Shown here piece after piece: positions 17,098 through 24,842 of a DNA stretch of 40,000 bases. The notes under the pieces are model-generated. The model was not told where the DNA came from. It did no database searches and worked only from the letters and a program-made list of their open reading frames with translations. Both the position numbers and the translations under genes were made by a program. The stretch covers positions 182,396-222,395 of the forward strand of contig NZ_JAUSTT010000001.1 in assembly GCF_030812995.1 (NCBI RefSeq), written 5' to 3'. The stretch is from Bacillus chungangensis (GTDB taxonomy: Bacteria; Bacillota; Bacilli; Bacillales; Bacillaceae_C). Within the stretch, counting starts at the first letter, position 1, and each line of letters opens with the position of its first letter.

Positions 17098-17180
17098 AGT
17101 GTTGGGTTTTAGTGTACCTAATCGAGACCCTTGGATGGTCATATTGGGTAAATAAGGCATCCAAGGGTTGTTTTATTTAT
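17098..17180 (+). ncRNA. Candidate ~80-nt small RNA (orphan promoter plus terminator), convergent with the endolysin 3' end
   Basis: Promoter TTGACA (17064-17069), 16 nt spacer, TAAAAT (17086-17091). A 10-bp hairpin cccttggatg/catccaaggg (17128-17167) is followed by TTGTTTTATTTATTTT. No ORF or RBS in between. Confidence 0.4.
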
Positions 17181-17181
17181 T

Positions 17182-18429
17182 TTACTTCTTATAAATTAGT
17201 GGCAGCAAATTGTTTCTCAATCTATTCACAACAACAGCCATTTCCTCACGAGTGATGTTGTCTTGTGGACGTGTGCCGTCAAAATATCCATTAGCGACAG
17301 CTTCGTCCCAATCTTTCTTCGCCCATGCAGATGGTTTATTTTTATCCACTGAAGATTCCTCCTTTGGCACTGTAGGGGCTACGACGCCACTCTTCTTTTT
17401 TAGTCCAAACTGTTTCGCCAAACCGGAAACAATCGCTTGGGCACACTTGCGCCGATAACTGTCCGACTTCAATAACGCTAATTCTGCCGGATTATCCATA
17501 AAGCCACATTCGACTAGAATTGCGTCCATTTTCGTCTCGCGGAGCACGTGGAAATTGGCCACCTTTACGCCTCGATCACGAAGTCCGGTCGAAGCTATTA
17601 GCGCAGCCTGCACCTTCGTCGCGAGGGCGACAGCGCCCGCTGGCTTAGACGTATATACATAAGTCTCGATGCCGTTCGCATTGCTCCACGCAGAGCCTAC
17701 CGCATTAGCGTGAATAGATACGAAGGCATCGGCGCCCCATCGGTTTGCTTTGTCCGTTCGTTCTTTTAGTGGGATATCGCGAATGCCTGAAGGGTCATGT
17801 GTAATTTCGACGAGCACGCCTTGATATGTCCGAAGTTCTTCGACTACATATTTTGCCACAACGCTATTAAAATGAAACTCTCGCATACTATCGTCTGGCG
17901 CACGTTTTCCCGGAGTATTATTACCGTGTCCTGCATCGATTGCTATACGCAAATCTAAATCGACTCCTTTCGTATTAACATCATATTTCGTTAGATTATT
18001 CGTTTCTATTACGCCTATCAACTTTTCGGCGTACTTAGGATCAGTCGCATAGCCAGCGTTTTTAACTGCCCACGCTGCCTTTCGATAATCCTTTTCGCCA
18101 ACAACCGCCCTGTACAAGTCCTTATTCCATGACACACCGTTTACGTATTTGTCGGTCAGGTCACGAATTGATTCAAGCCATGACGGGTACTTACGGAAGG
18201 CGGCGTTTACCTTGATTTCTTTTCCGTTCACGAATTCCGAAGTAATAATCATAACGGATTGCCCTTTGTATTCGCCTTTTATACCAAATAGATTCTTTCC
18301 TTTTTGCGCTAATTCCGATGTCCCCCAAGCCGACTCAAGTACGGCCTGTGCGAGTATTAGTGACGCTAGGACATCCGACTCCGCCGCTGCTTTCCGTGCG
18401 TGAGGGGCGATCTCTTCGATGAAACTCAT
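17182..18429 (-). CDS. Three-domain endolysin: N-acetylglucosaminidase (GH73-like), N-acetylmuramoyl-L-alanine amidase (Amidase_3-like) and a C-terminal SLH-like wall-binding motif
   Basis: 415 aa. N-terminus LILAQAVLESAWGTSELAQKGKNLFGIKG (glucosaminidase). Middle IAIDAGHG...FVSIHANA...ILVECGFMDN (amidase_3). C-terminus AVANGYFDGTRPQDNITREEMAVVVNRL (SLH-like). Confidence 0.88.
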   Translation of the reverse strand: MSFIEEIAPHARKAAAESDVLASLILAQAVLESAWGTSELAQKGKNLFGIKGEYKGQSVMIITSEFVNGKEIKVNAAFRKYPSWLESIRDLTDKYVNGVSWNKDLYRAVVGEKDYRKAAWAVKNAGYATDPKYAEKLIGVIETNNLTKYDVNTKGVDLDLRIAIDAGHGNNTPGKRAPDDSMREFHFNSVVAKYVVEELRTYQGVLVEITHDPSGIRDIPLKERTDKANRWGADAFVSIHANAVGSAWSNANGIETYVYTSKPAGAVALATKVQAALIASTGLRDRGVKVANFHVLRETKMDAILVECGFMDNPAELALLKSDSYRRKCAQAIVSGLAKQFGLKKKSGVVAPTVPKEESSVDKNKPSAWAKKDWDEAVANGYFDGTRPQDNITREEMAVVVNRLRNNLLPLIYKK

Positions 18430-18674
18430 TATTTAGAACCGTCCTTAGTCGTTACATTCTTGCCGAAACTATATAGGCCACTCGCAGCGAGTCCCATAGC
18501 AAGGCCGATAATCAGGCCGTCTTTTAGGCCGTCGGCTACGTAAAATATGCCGAATAGTAAGCCGAACACAACCGCTACTATTGGCGAATATTTAGTCGGC
18601 AAGCCAAGCCGTTTGGCCAATTCGACCACGCCAAGAATTAATGGAATTAATGCGATATCGTAAATTTCGAACAT
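18429..18674 (-). CDS. Holin (small multi-TM protein)
   Basis: 81 aa with hydrophobic helices and a charged C-terminus. AGGAGG RBS. ATGA overlap with the endolysin start. Confidence 0.8.
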   Translation of the reverse strand: MFEIYDIALIPLILGVVELAKRLGLPTKYSPIVAVVFGLLFGIFYVADGLKDGLIIGLAMGLAASGLYSFGKNVTTKDGSK

Positions 18675-18704
18675 ATAAACGCCTCCTGTTTTTCCTATTT
18701 TGTT

Positions 18705-18905
18705 TTATTGCCGAGGGGGTAAACGATCTTTCATCTTTCGAATCTCTTCCGCAATGTCGTCGTACTTCGCTGTCATCGCTTCGAGTAGGTTTTGATAGCG
18801 TAATTCCCGCGCTTCGGACGACTTCATTTGGTGGATAAAAAGCCACACAAAAAGGACCGCAAAGGGTCCTTGTGTTAAGAAATATTGCATTACATCTTCC
18901 ATCAT
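18705..18905 (-). CDS. BhlA/UviB-family holin-like protein
   Basis: QYFLTQGPFAVLFVWLFIHQMK followed by a coiled-coil tail matches the BhlA family signature (TQGPFA.LF). The second ATG (18902) has better RBS spacing. Confidence 0.75.
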   Translation of the reverse strand: MMEDVMQYFLTQGPFAVLFVWLFIHQMKSSEARELRYQNLLEAMTAKYDDIAEEIRKMKDRLPPRQ

Positions 18906-18934
18906 TAACTCCTTTCGAAAAATAAAAATACGCC

Positions 18935-19075
18935 CTATTCGGCGTTTTCTTCTTCGTAAGTTTCACCTGTGATTTTTTTGAAATCTTCGGATGTGATTTC
19001 TTTGTACAGCACAACTAGTCTAAGCTGATCAATAGAACACCATCCCCATCCGTAAGCTAGCTCCCAATAACTCAT
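18935..19075 (-). CDS. XkdX-family small phage protein (46 aa; below ORF-track cutoff)
   Basis: Hand translation gives MSYWELAYGWGWCSIDQLRLVVLYKEITSEDFKKITGETYEEENAE. The ...IT.EDFKKITGE.Y motif is typical of XkdX. ATGA overlap with the upstream gene's stop. Confidence 0.7.
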   Translation of the reverse strand: MSYWELAYGWGWCSIDQLRLVVLYKEITSEDFKKITGETYEEENAE

Positions 19076-19284
19076 TGTTTAGCCTCCCCTTTCAGTGCAA
19101 GAACCTCGATTTTTAATTGCGTAACTTCCTGCCCCAGTTGTGATAACATCGCATCTTTCTGAGCATTCTTTATTTTTTCTTCTGTCAAGGCAAAACCAAG
19201 CTGCTGTAGCTGTTTATCCTTGTCTTCTAACTCCTTTTCTTTCTCACGCAAAACTTGCAAAGGCGTTACGGTAATTGCTTTCAA
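19072..19284 (-). CDS. Small coiled-coil phage protein (70 aa, TTG start)
   Basis: The track ORF 19072..19461 overlaps the tail-fibre gene. The realistic start is TTG 19282-19284, preceded by AAGGGAGGGA, just after the fibre stop. Sequence KAITVTPLQVLREKEKELEDKDKQLQQL... has no TM helix. Confidence 0.6.
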   Translation of the reverse strand: MKAITVTPLQVLREKEKELEDKDKQLQQLGFALTEEKIKNAQKDAMLSQLGQEVTQLKIEVLALKGEAKQ

Positions 19285-19298
19285 TGTGATTCCCTCCC

Positions 19299-21401
19299 TT
19301 AATCGAACGAGAAGCCAAGCCCGCGCATCTCGATAGCTCCCAATGAATCGTTCGCCAAGAATGTAACACGAATATCTAACGCGTATTGCTGCGCTGTTTT
19401 TGTCGTATTGGAAAACGTGAAGTAATCCGCATTTTGATAGGCGGCTGTCGCATCCTCCCACATTGGATTAGTGTCCAATGCGTTATTTGTAACTTCGATT
19501 TTCATGGTCGCCTTGTTTATGCCATCTTGCGCCATGTAGTAGTCGGCAGCAATTAATATTCTTCGTGCTGCGGTATTACCTGTTTCAATTGGTCTTTTCA
19601 GCTTAAATTGCAACGTATTTCCACAACGAATACACCTAGTGTTTGACCACTTGCCGCGGGCTTTGGTGTTGGCATCAATCGCAGCAAGGCGCCAGTAGTA
19701 AGTACGGCCTTCGTCTAAGTCCACTTGCAGAGTATAGCGAACGCCTTTACCCTCGTAACTATTGTCCACGCCTTCCTCCGGCAGATCATACCACTGAGAG
19801 CCATCGGACACTTGCCAGCCTTTTCGGTCATTCATGGATGACAATTCAAGCACGTGTTTCTCGAATTTTTCGTCCTGCGAAATCTGGATGATAAAGTGTT
19901 GAGGATCGTTTTCTTTATCCGATCCAATAAGTCCCTCGAAAGTCGGTCGCAAGCCCGTCCGATAGGTATTTGCTGGATTCGTAAGCGTTGGCGGCGTAGG
20001 TGTAGAGTTCGTCACAAAATACGCTTTTTCACTGTCCTTATCCAAGCCGAACGGATCCCATACCGTCACAACGGCATAATAAATAGTCCCTTCAGTCAAT
20101 ATGCCTTCGGGGATTTTGTGCATATTTATTGTTTTCTCGATTCTTCCCGAATCATATATAAGGACATCTTTTGTGTCGTAAATTCTAAGCTGATATGCGG
20201 CCTGCGCTTGTTGATCTAAATCCTCGAACGTCCAGCTGAACTCTGGCGCTGTTCCCGTGCCTGCTGGTTCTTCAACGTTGGGGCTTCCTGGCATCACGTC
20301 CGTTACGTTTGGCGGTCGTTTTGGTAGAAAAAACTGATACGAAGAATATTCGCTCGCTAAGTCGTATTTGTCCCATACTCTTGCTTTCCATTTGTACCTC
20401 GTTGCCCACTTTAAGTCGGGAACAATATAGAAAGATTGAGAGGATGCTATTTTCCCGCTGTTGTGGGCTACTTTATTGGTAGCATTTTCTACAATAAAAA
20501 CTTGATACGACGATTGAGCGTCCCCTAGGTCGGTGTCTTCGAACCTCCAAACTAAGACTGGGTTGATTGTGTCAACGATGGCGATTTTAGCAAGGTCGCC
20601 TTTTGGTTCGACTGGAACGGCTCTCGGCGGAACATTATTCATTACCGTATATTTAGAAGATACTATTGCTCGTGAGACGTAATTTAGCGTATTTTCTACC
20701 CATGCTCTAAACTGAATCGACGTTGTGCCAGACGGAATAGTGTAACTATGGCTGCTTGAGCCGCTTGACGTATTCTTCGTTGCAACAGATGACCAACTGC
20801 CGCCATTTCTCTGTACTTCCAAGAAATGTTTTGTAATCTTATCTCCGGGATCGGATGCCCCAGACCAACTGACAGTTATAGTGTCTCCCACTCGTAAACC
20901 GCTTGTTTTCGATAAAGTGATAGATGTTGGTGGATTTGGCCCTTCATACATATTACCTCTAACATACCAATAACCGTCAGTGTGTTTGCCGTCAGTTGGG
21001 TAAGCGTTGTATTCAGCTAGAATGTTAGATTGTACCAAGCTTCCTCTTTCTTCTCTATATTTAGTATCGATATAGTTGACACTAAAATATATTCCATAAA
21101 TATCACTGTTCCCTCTAAAAAATAAATAATCTCCTTGATCGCTATTACGGTCCGGTTCTCTCCAATTGTTACCAAACATATAATACATCCATGGAGTCTC
21201 TTGTAGGAGGTGTGATTCCTTTTCACCTCGCGCATGAAACTTTCCATTGTGTATTTCATATTTTTGCCATGAATCATATATTGGCCGTTGATCAATACTA
21301 CCGCTGTCCAAACTGGCATATTCTATATACGTTTCACCTTTAACTTTTTGATCATATCCAATCACTTTTGAGTCAATTCTATATTTATTATAATAATACA
21401 T
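19299..21401 (-). CDS. Tail fibre / receptor-binding protein with an FN3-like domain and three tandem rhamnosidase-N-like beta-sandwich modules
   Basis: 700 aa. FN3-like region at residues ~155-255. Repeated modules start W-R/T-FED-.D-...-Q..YQ and end Y.W...W D, at residues ~280-360, ~385-465 and ~485-595. Confidence 0.8.
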   Translation of the reverse strand: MYYYNKYRIDSKVIGYDQKVKGETYIEYASLDSGSIDQRPIYDSWQKYEIHNGKFHARGEKESHLLQETPWMYYMFGNNWREPDRNSDQGDYLFFRGNSDIYGIYFSVNYIDTKYREERGSLVQSNILAEYNAYPTDGKHTDGYWYVRGNMYEGPNPPTSITLSKTSGLRVGDTITVSWSGASDPGDKITKHFLEVQRNGGSWSSVATKNTSSGSSSHSYTIPSGTTSIQFRAWVENTLNYVSRAIVSSKYTVMNNVPPRAVPVEPKGDLAKIAIVDTINPVLVWRFEDTDLGDAQSSYQVFIVENATNKVAHNSGKIASSQSFYIVPDLKWATRYKWKARVWDKYDLASEYSSYQFFLPKRPPNVTDVMPGSPNVEEPAGTGTAPEFSWTFEDLDQQAQAAYQLRIYDTKDVLIYDSGRIEKTINMHKIPEGILTEGTIYYAVVTVWDPFGLDKDSEKAYFVTNSTPTPPTLTNPANTYRTGLRPTFEGLIGSDKENDPQHFIIQISQDEKFEKHVLELSSMNDRKGWQVSDGSQWYDLPEEGVDNSYEGKGVRYTLQVDLDEGRTYYWRLAAIDANTKARGKWSNTRCIRCGNTLQFKLKRPIETGNTAARRILIAADYYMAQDGINKATMKIEVTNNALDTNPMWEDATAAYQNADYFTFSNTTKTAQQYALDIRVTFLANDSLGAIEMRGLGFSFD

Positions 21402-21419
21402 AGCTATCTTATTCCCTCC

Positions 21420-21803
21420 TTATCGTAAATAAATTTTTCTATCCTCTACATCGTGTGAGCCATGCGTCAAGTCGATATCCTCAAGTGAATCAAAATTCTC
21501 GACAAAGATGTTACTTGTCAATCCACTTGTCACAGACGCTTTCAACAACAAAAATTCCAATCGAAGATTCTTCTGAACATGTGTCATGTCTTCGAGATAG
21601 GCAATGATGTTATTTAATCTTAAATGTGCAAGCTGCGTTCCTTTTTCTAAGTTGTTCCCCCTACGAGCTGTCCATGGTGTACCCGGATGGGATAGGTCAC
21701 CCTCAGGGTCATCTATTTTATCTCGCCATTCGGTCGGGATATATTGGAATATCTCAGCTAACAAATCCGGCAATTCAATCCTTTCTTCCGCCAACGTTAC
21801 CAA
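21420..21803 (-). CDS. Hypothetical tail-fibre-associated protein (start uncertain)
   Basis: The track start is a TTG with no spacing to an SD. An alternative TTG at the tenth codon follows AAAGGA by 5 nt and overlaps the upstream stop. Confidence 0.55.
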   Translation of the reverse strand: MVTLAEERIELPDLLAEIFQYIPTEWRDKIDDPEGDLSHPGTPWTARRGNNLEKGTQLAHLRLNNIIAYLEDMTHVQKNLRLEFLLLKASVTSGLTSNIFVENFDSLEDIDLTHGSHDVEDRKIYLR

Positions 21804-22104
21804 CCTCGCTTTCGTCTTTGATTTCGATCACAAGCTTAAATGAAATAATCCAGCCATCTTGGCCTTTTTCTAAGTTTGGTTCTTGGATTATTAGCTCACG
21901 TCCGTACTGATCAACTAGTACCGCACGTTCGATCAAGCCGCTAGGCTCGTCTTCGATATAGACGTATTTTTTTATGATGTTATCTCGGATGATAGTTTCG
22001 TAAATTTCATATTCTTGTTCGATGCCGTTAATCGTTACTTTCGCTTTATTAAAATGACGATTTAGGTCTTGCTGAATAAGACTGGTTAATAAAGGTGTGA
22101 TCAT
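21775..22104 (-). CDS. Hypothetical baseplate/tail protein (109 aa)
   Basis: The track ORF extends to 22137. The realistic start is ATG 22102-22104 (MITPLLTSL) with GGGGAGGAG RBS and an ATGA overlap with the upstream stop. Confidence 0.6.
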   Translation of the reverse strand: MITPLLTSLIQQDLNRHFNKAKVTINGIEQEYEIYETIIRDNIIKKYVYIEDEPSGLIERAVLVDQYGRELIIQEPNLEKGQDGWIISFKLVIEIKDESEVGNVGGRKD

Positions 22105-22943
22105 GAAATCTCCTCCCCGCAATAAAAATCGCCACAAATCGGATATGTGACGTTAACGGTGTAGCTATTATCTTTTGTTATCGATCTGAAATGACTATTT
22201 TTAACTTGCGCTTGTGGCGGTTGCATTTCGCCACAGATCGGATATTCCACAGCAAAATCATAAGTTTGATCGATGCTGACTGTCTTTTCCTTTTTTAAAC
22301 TGCTAACCTTCGTTTCGCTTACTTCGTATTCAACGCTGAAATCGTAAGAACCTTCTGTGACGCGCATTTCGTCTTCTTCTATAGAGACATGAGCTTCACT
22401 CGGTGGCATGTCACCGCAAATTGGGTATTGGACGTGAAAGTCGTAGGTGTTGTCAATAAAACTTAATAAGATCGCATAAAACTCGCCAATAAAAATTGCT
22501 TCAAGGTGTGCTGGCTTTACTTCTGATAACGCATTTTTTATTTCAGCCAACCTATTAAGGCTTTCTATCGGCATTAGCACTTCAAACCAGTACTCTTCGT
22601 TATGTTCGATAATTTGTCCGGTCTTATTTTCAACAAACAAATTTAAGATGTCGGTCATGTAGCGCACAGTCGCCGGGGCATTTCCGTTTAGCTTTGCCAA
22701 AATGCGTTCACGTCGAGCGTCTAGTGAGGCGTGTTTCATTGGCGGCAAGTCGAGTACGCGTTCCCAGTCGGAAAGTCCCCACGTTGCCGTTCTAACGAAC
22801 ATCTGATCGAGAGTGTCCCGCATCAATGCACGTATACGATCAATTTCGGCCGAGGCAATGTCCGTTAATGCGGTCAATTCGGGCGAATGATCGTAATATG
22901 GCGGCATGTATTCGTGCAAATTTCGCTTGGTTTGGCTTATCAT
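22101..22943 (-). CDS. XkdU/YmfQ-like (DUF2313-type) baseplate wedge protein with a C-terminal repeat extension
   Basis: The N-terminus HEYMPPYYDHSPELTALTDIASAEIDRIRALMRDTLDQMFVRTATWGLSDWERVL is typical of the family. The C-terminus carries 4 copies of a Y-D/T-F/V-x-V-x-Y-P-I-C-G-D/E motif. Confidence 0.75.
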   Translation of the reverse strand: MISQTKRNLHEYMPPYYDHSPELTALTDIASAEIDRIRALMRDTLDQMFVRTATWGLSDWERVLDLPPMKHASLDARRERILAKLNGNAPATVRYMTDILNLFVENKTGQIIEHNEEYWFEVLMPIESLNRLAEIKNALSEVKPAHLEAIFIGEFYAILLSFIDNTYDFHVQYPICGDMPPSEAHVSIEEDEMRVTEGSYDFSVEYEVSETKVSSLKKEKTVSIDQTYDFAVEYPICGEMQPPQAQVKNSHFRSITKDNSYTVNVTYPICGDFYCGEEIS

Positions 22944-23980
22944 ACGAAATCAACCTCGCCAACGACAGCAACGGAGTCAAGTGCTATCGGAATGTTTGCC
23001 GTTCCTCCGTTAACTAATAAGTCTTCATAATCGATCACATGTTTCGTTTCGATGATCGCATTGGCAATTTTGGCATACCTAATAATCCGAGTTTCTTCTA
23101 CTATATATGCAGTTATAGAATCGATAATATCTTGCTTGACATCGTCCGCTTTTAGGTCGCCCGCAAGCGTTAGTTTTGCCGAAATTGATAACGGTACTTC
23201 CGAGATACCTACGACAGTAACTGTTGCGCCGATCGGCCGTTCCCGTTCGATATGCTCGGTTACGGCATCCATGACGACGGCGTCAGGCGCTTTTCCATCA
23301 CGACCGATCACCACAACTTTTACCGTGCCGGGACCGTCCCATATTGGAAAGACACGCGCTGCCGCAACGCCCTCGATGTCAGTTGCCCATTTTTCGTAGT
23401 GATACACGTTTCCGGACGTTATCGGCTTACGAACTTTAAACAAATAACGGCCGAGCAACTCCTCGTCGGTCTCTGCGTTCACACCACCGGCAAATTCAGT
23501 CTCATTCGCTACGGCGTCGATGCCGCCCACGATTTGCTCATAGCCGACGATTTCTCCAATCCCGATATTACCTGCCGAGCCAGCTTCGACGGCCTCGACT
23601 GGCACGGACGCTTTACCATCGATAATCTTTGCGTTTTCGGTCGTTACAAAATATAAAGGCGTAGTATTGTTAGTAAATACTCGCAAGCCTTTAGGTATTT
23701 CGGCGCCGTTGCTGCCCGTGAAAACGACTTGCCCGACAGCCTTCGTTGCAGGCTTTCTTGTTATACCAAGTTCAGCCGTTCGTCGTTCGAGATATTCATG
23801 TTCAGACGTGTCGGCAAATCCGAGTAGACGCGTAGCATGGTTTTCCCATTCAAGCATTTCGACTTCGTAGGCTAGTGCTGCCGATACATCCCAGACGATC
23901 TCACCTTTTCGTTTACTAACGTCATCGCGAATGTTATTTAATAAGCTTTCTAAAATTTCCGACTGAGTCCGTACGCTCAC
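22940..23980 (-). CDS. Baseplate J-like protein (XkdT-like)
   Basis: 346 aa. Size, position and sequence style (..GTVKVVVIGRDGKAP.., ..VTVVGISEVPLSISAKLTL..) fit Baseplate_J. Confidence 0.8.
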   Translation of the reverse strand: MSVRTQSEILESLLNNIRDDVSKRKGEIVWDVSAALAYEVEMLEWENHATRLLGFADTSEHEYLERRTAELGITRKPATKAVGQVVFTGSNGAEIPKGLRVFTNNTTPLYFVTTENAKIIDGKASVPVEAVEAGSAGNIGIGEIVGYEQIVGGIDAVANETEFAGGVNAETDEELLGRYLFKVRKPITSGNVYHYEKWATDIEGVAAARVFPIWDGPGTVKVVVIGRDGKAPDAVVMDAVTEHIERERPIGATVTVVGISEVPLSISAKLTLAGDLKADDVKQDIIDSITAYIVEETRIIRYAKIANAIIETKHVIDYEDLLVNGGTANIPIALDSVAVVGEVDFV

Positions 23981-24408
23981 AAGACCACCCCCTCGTCAAT
24001 ATCACCGAAAATGGAAATTACCGTGAATTGAATGAACACCGAATCATTTTTGCGTGTAACAACGATATTTGTAACGTCCTCGATTCGATCGTCGTACACA
24101 AGCGCCTCGCGAACCATCCGAGGAATTTCCGACTGCAAATAACCATCTGTTACGTCCTCACCAAGTAGACCCGGAATCTCACAACCGTAATCGTCGTCGT
24201 AAATCAGATAACGACTCCGCCTCGTAATAAGAGCTTTCCGAATGAATTGTTTCAGCGCTTCCATTTCGTCAACTACACCACTAATCCGACCTGTTTCGAA
24301 ATCAAAACGATAGGCCAACGATGGTTCAGGCTTTGGTGCGTCCGCTAGTTCGACGTTGTCGATATAGTCATCCAGTGCTTTCGAGCTATGCTTCGGAGTC
24401 AGCGCCAT
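23977..24408 (-). CDS. XkdS-like (DUF2634, gp25/W-like) baseplate protein
   Basis: 143 aa, by position and motif FIRKALITRRSRYLIYDDDYG. Start overlaps the upstream stop. Confidence 0.7.
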   Translation of the reverse strand: MALTPKHSSKALDDYIDNVELADAPKPEPSLAYRFDFETGRISGVVDEMEALKQFIRKALITRRSRYLIYDDDYGCEIPGLLGEDVTDGYLQSEIPRMVREALVYDDRIEDVTNIVVTRKNDSVFIQFTVISIFGDIDEGVVL

Positions 24409-24842
24409 CAGTACATCACCGCCCGATCTAGTACGACGAATTTCATTTGATCATCGAGACATACGACTGACACACGGTCGCCCGGCTTCAGGACGTCTTC
24501 AAATCGCAATATTATGTTTTTATGTTCGTAAGTATCGGGTACGATAGCCGGTATGCCGTTGTCTATTCGATCGTCTTCTACGGTATTGTCGCCAAGATCA
24601 CGTTCGGCTTCCTGCTCATGCATTAGCGTTACTACACGTTCGTGTCTCGTTAAATGCTCAAGTATTATTAAGTCATCCTTGTCAAGCTCAATAGGCGAAC
24701 TGTCTAGCCGAATTTTAATATCCGGAGGAGCCGAAACAACTACGCCAGTTTCGCAGTCAATCGGTTTATTTTCTCCATGCTTACGCATTAGCTGCACGAT
24801 CTGCGAATACGGACTACCTTCCACGCTTAGGTTTTTCTGCAT
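24408..24842 (-). CDS. XkdR-like (DUF2577) baseplate/spike-associated protein
   Basis: 144 aa, GGGGAGG RBS. Position is between the XkdQ-like and XkdS-like genes. Confidence 0.65.
   Translation of the reverse strand: MQKNLSVEGSPYSQIVQLMRKHGENKPIDCETGVVVSAPPDIKIRLDSSPIELDKDDLIILEHLTRHERVVTLMHEQEAERDLGDNTVEDDRIDNGIPAIVPDTYEHKNIILRFEDVLKPGDRVSVVCLDDQMKFVVLDRAVMY

Noticed and set aside
18592-19014. Track ORF 18592..19014 (140 aa, minus) and 18641..18838 (plus)
   Set aside because: They overlap the holin, BhlA-like and XkdX-like genes out of frame. They are Arg/Lys-rich nonsense with no RBS.
19285-19461. Upstream part of track ORF 19072..19461
   Set aside because: It overlaps the 3' end of the tail-fibre gene in another frame. 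An SD plus TTG right after the fibre stop gives a compact 70-aa coiled-coil product instead.
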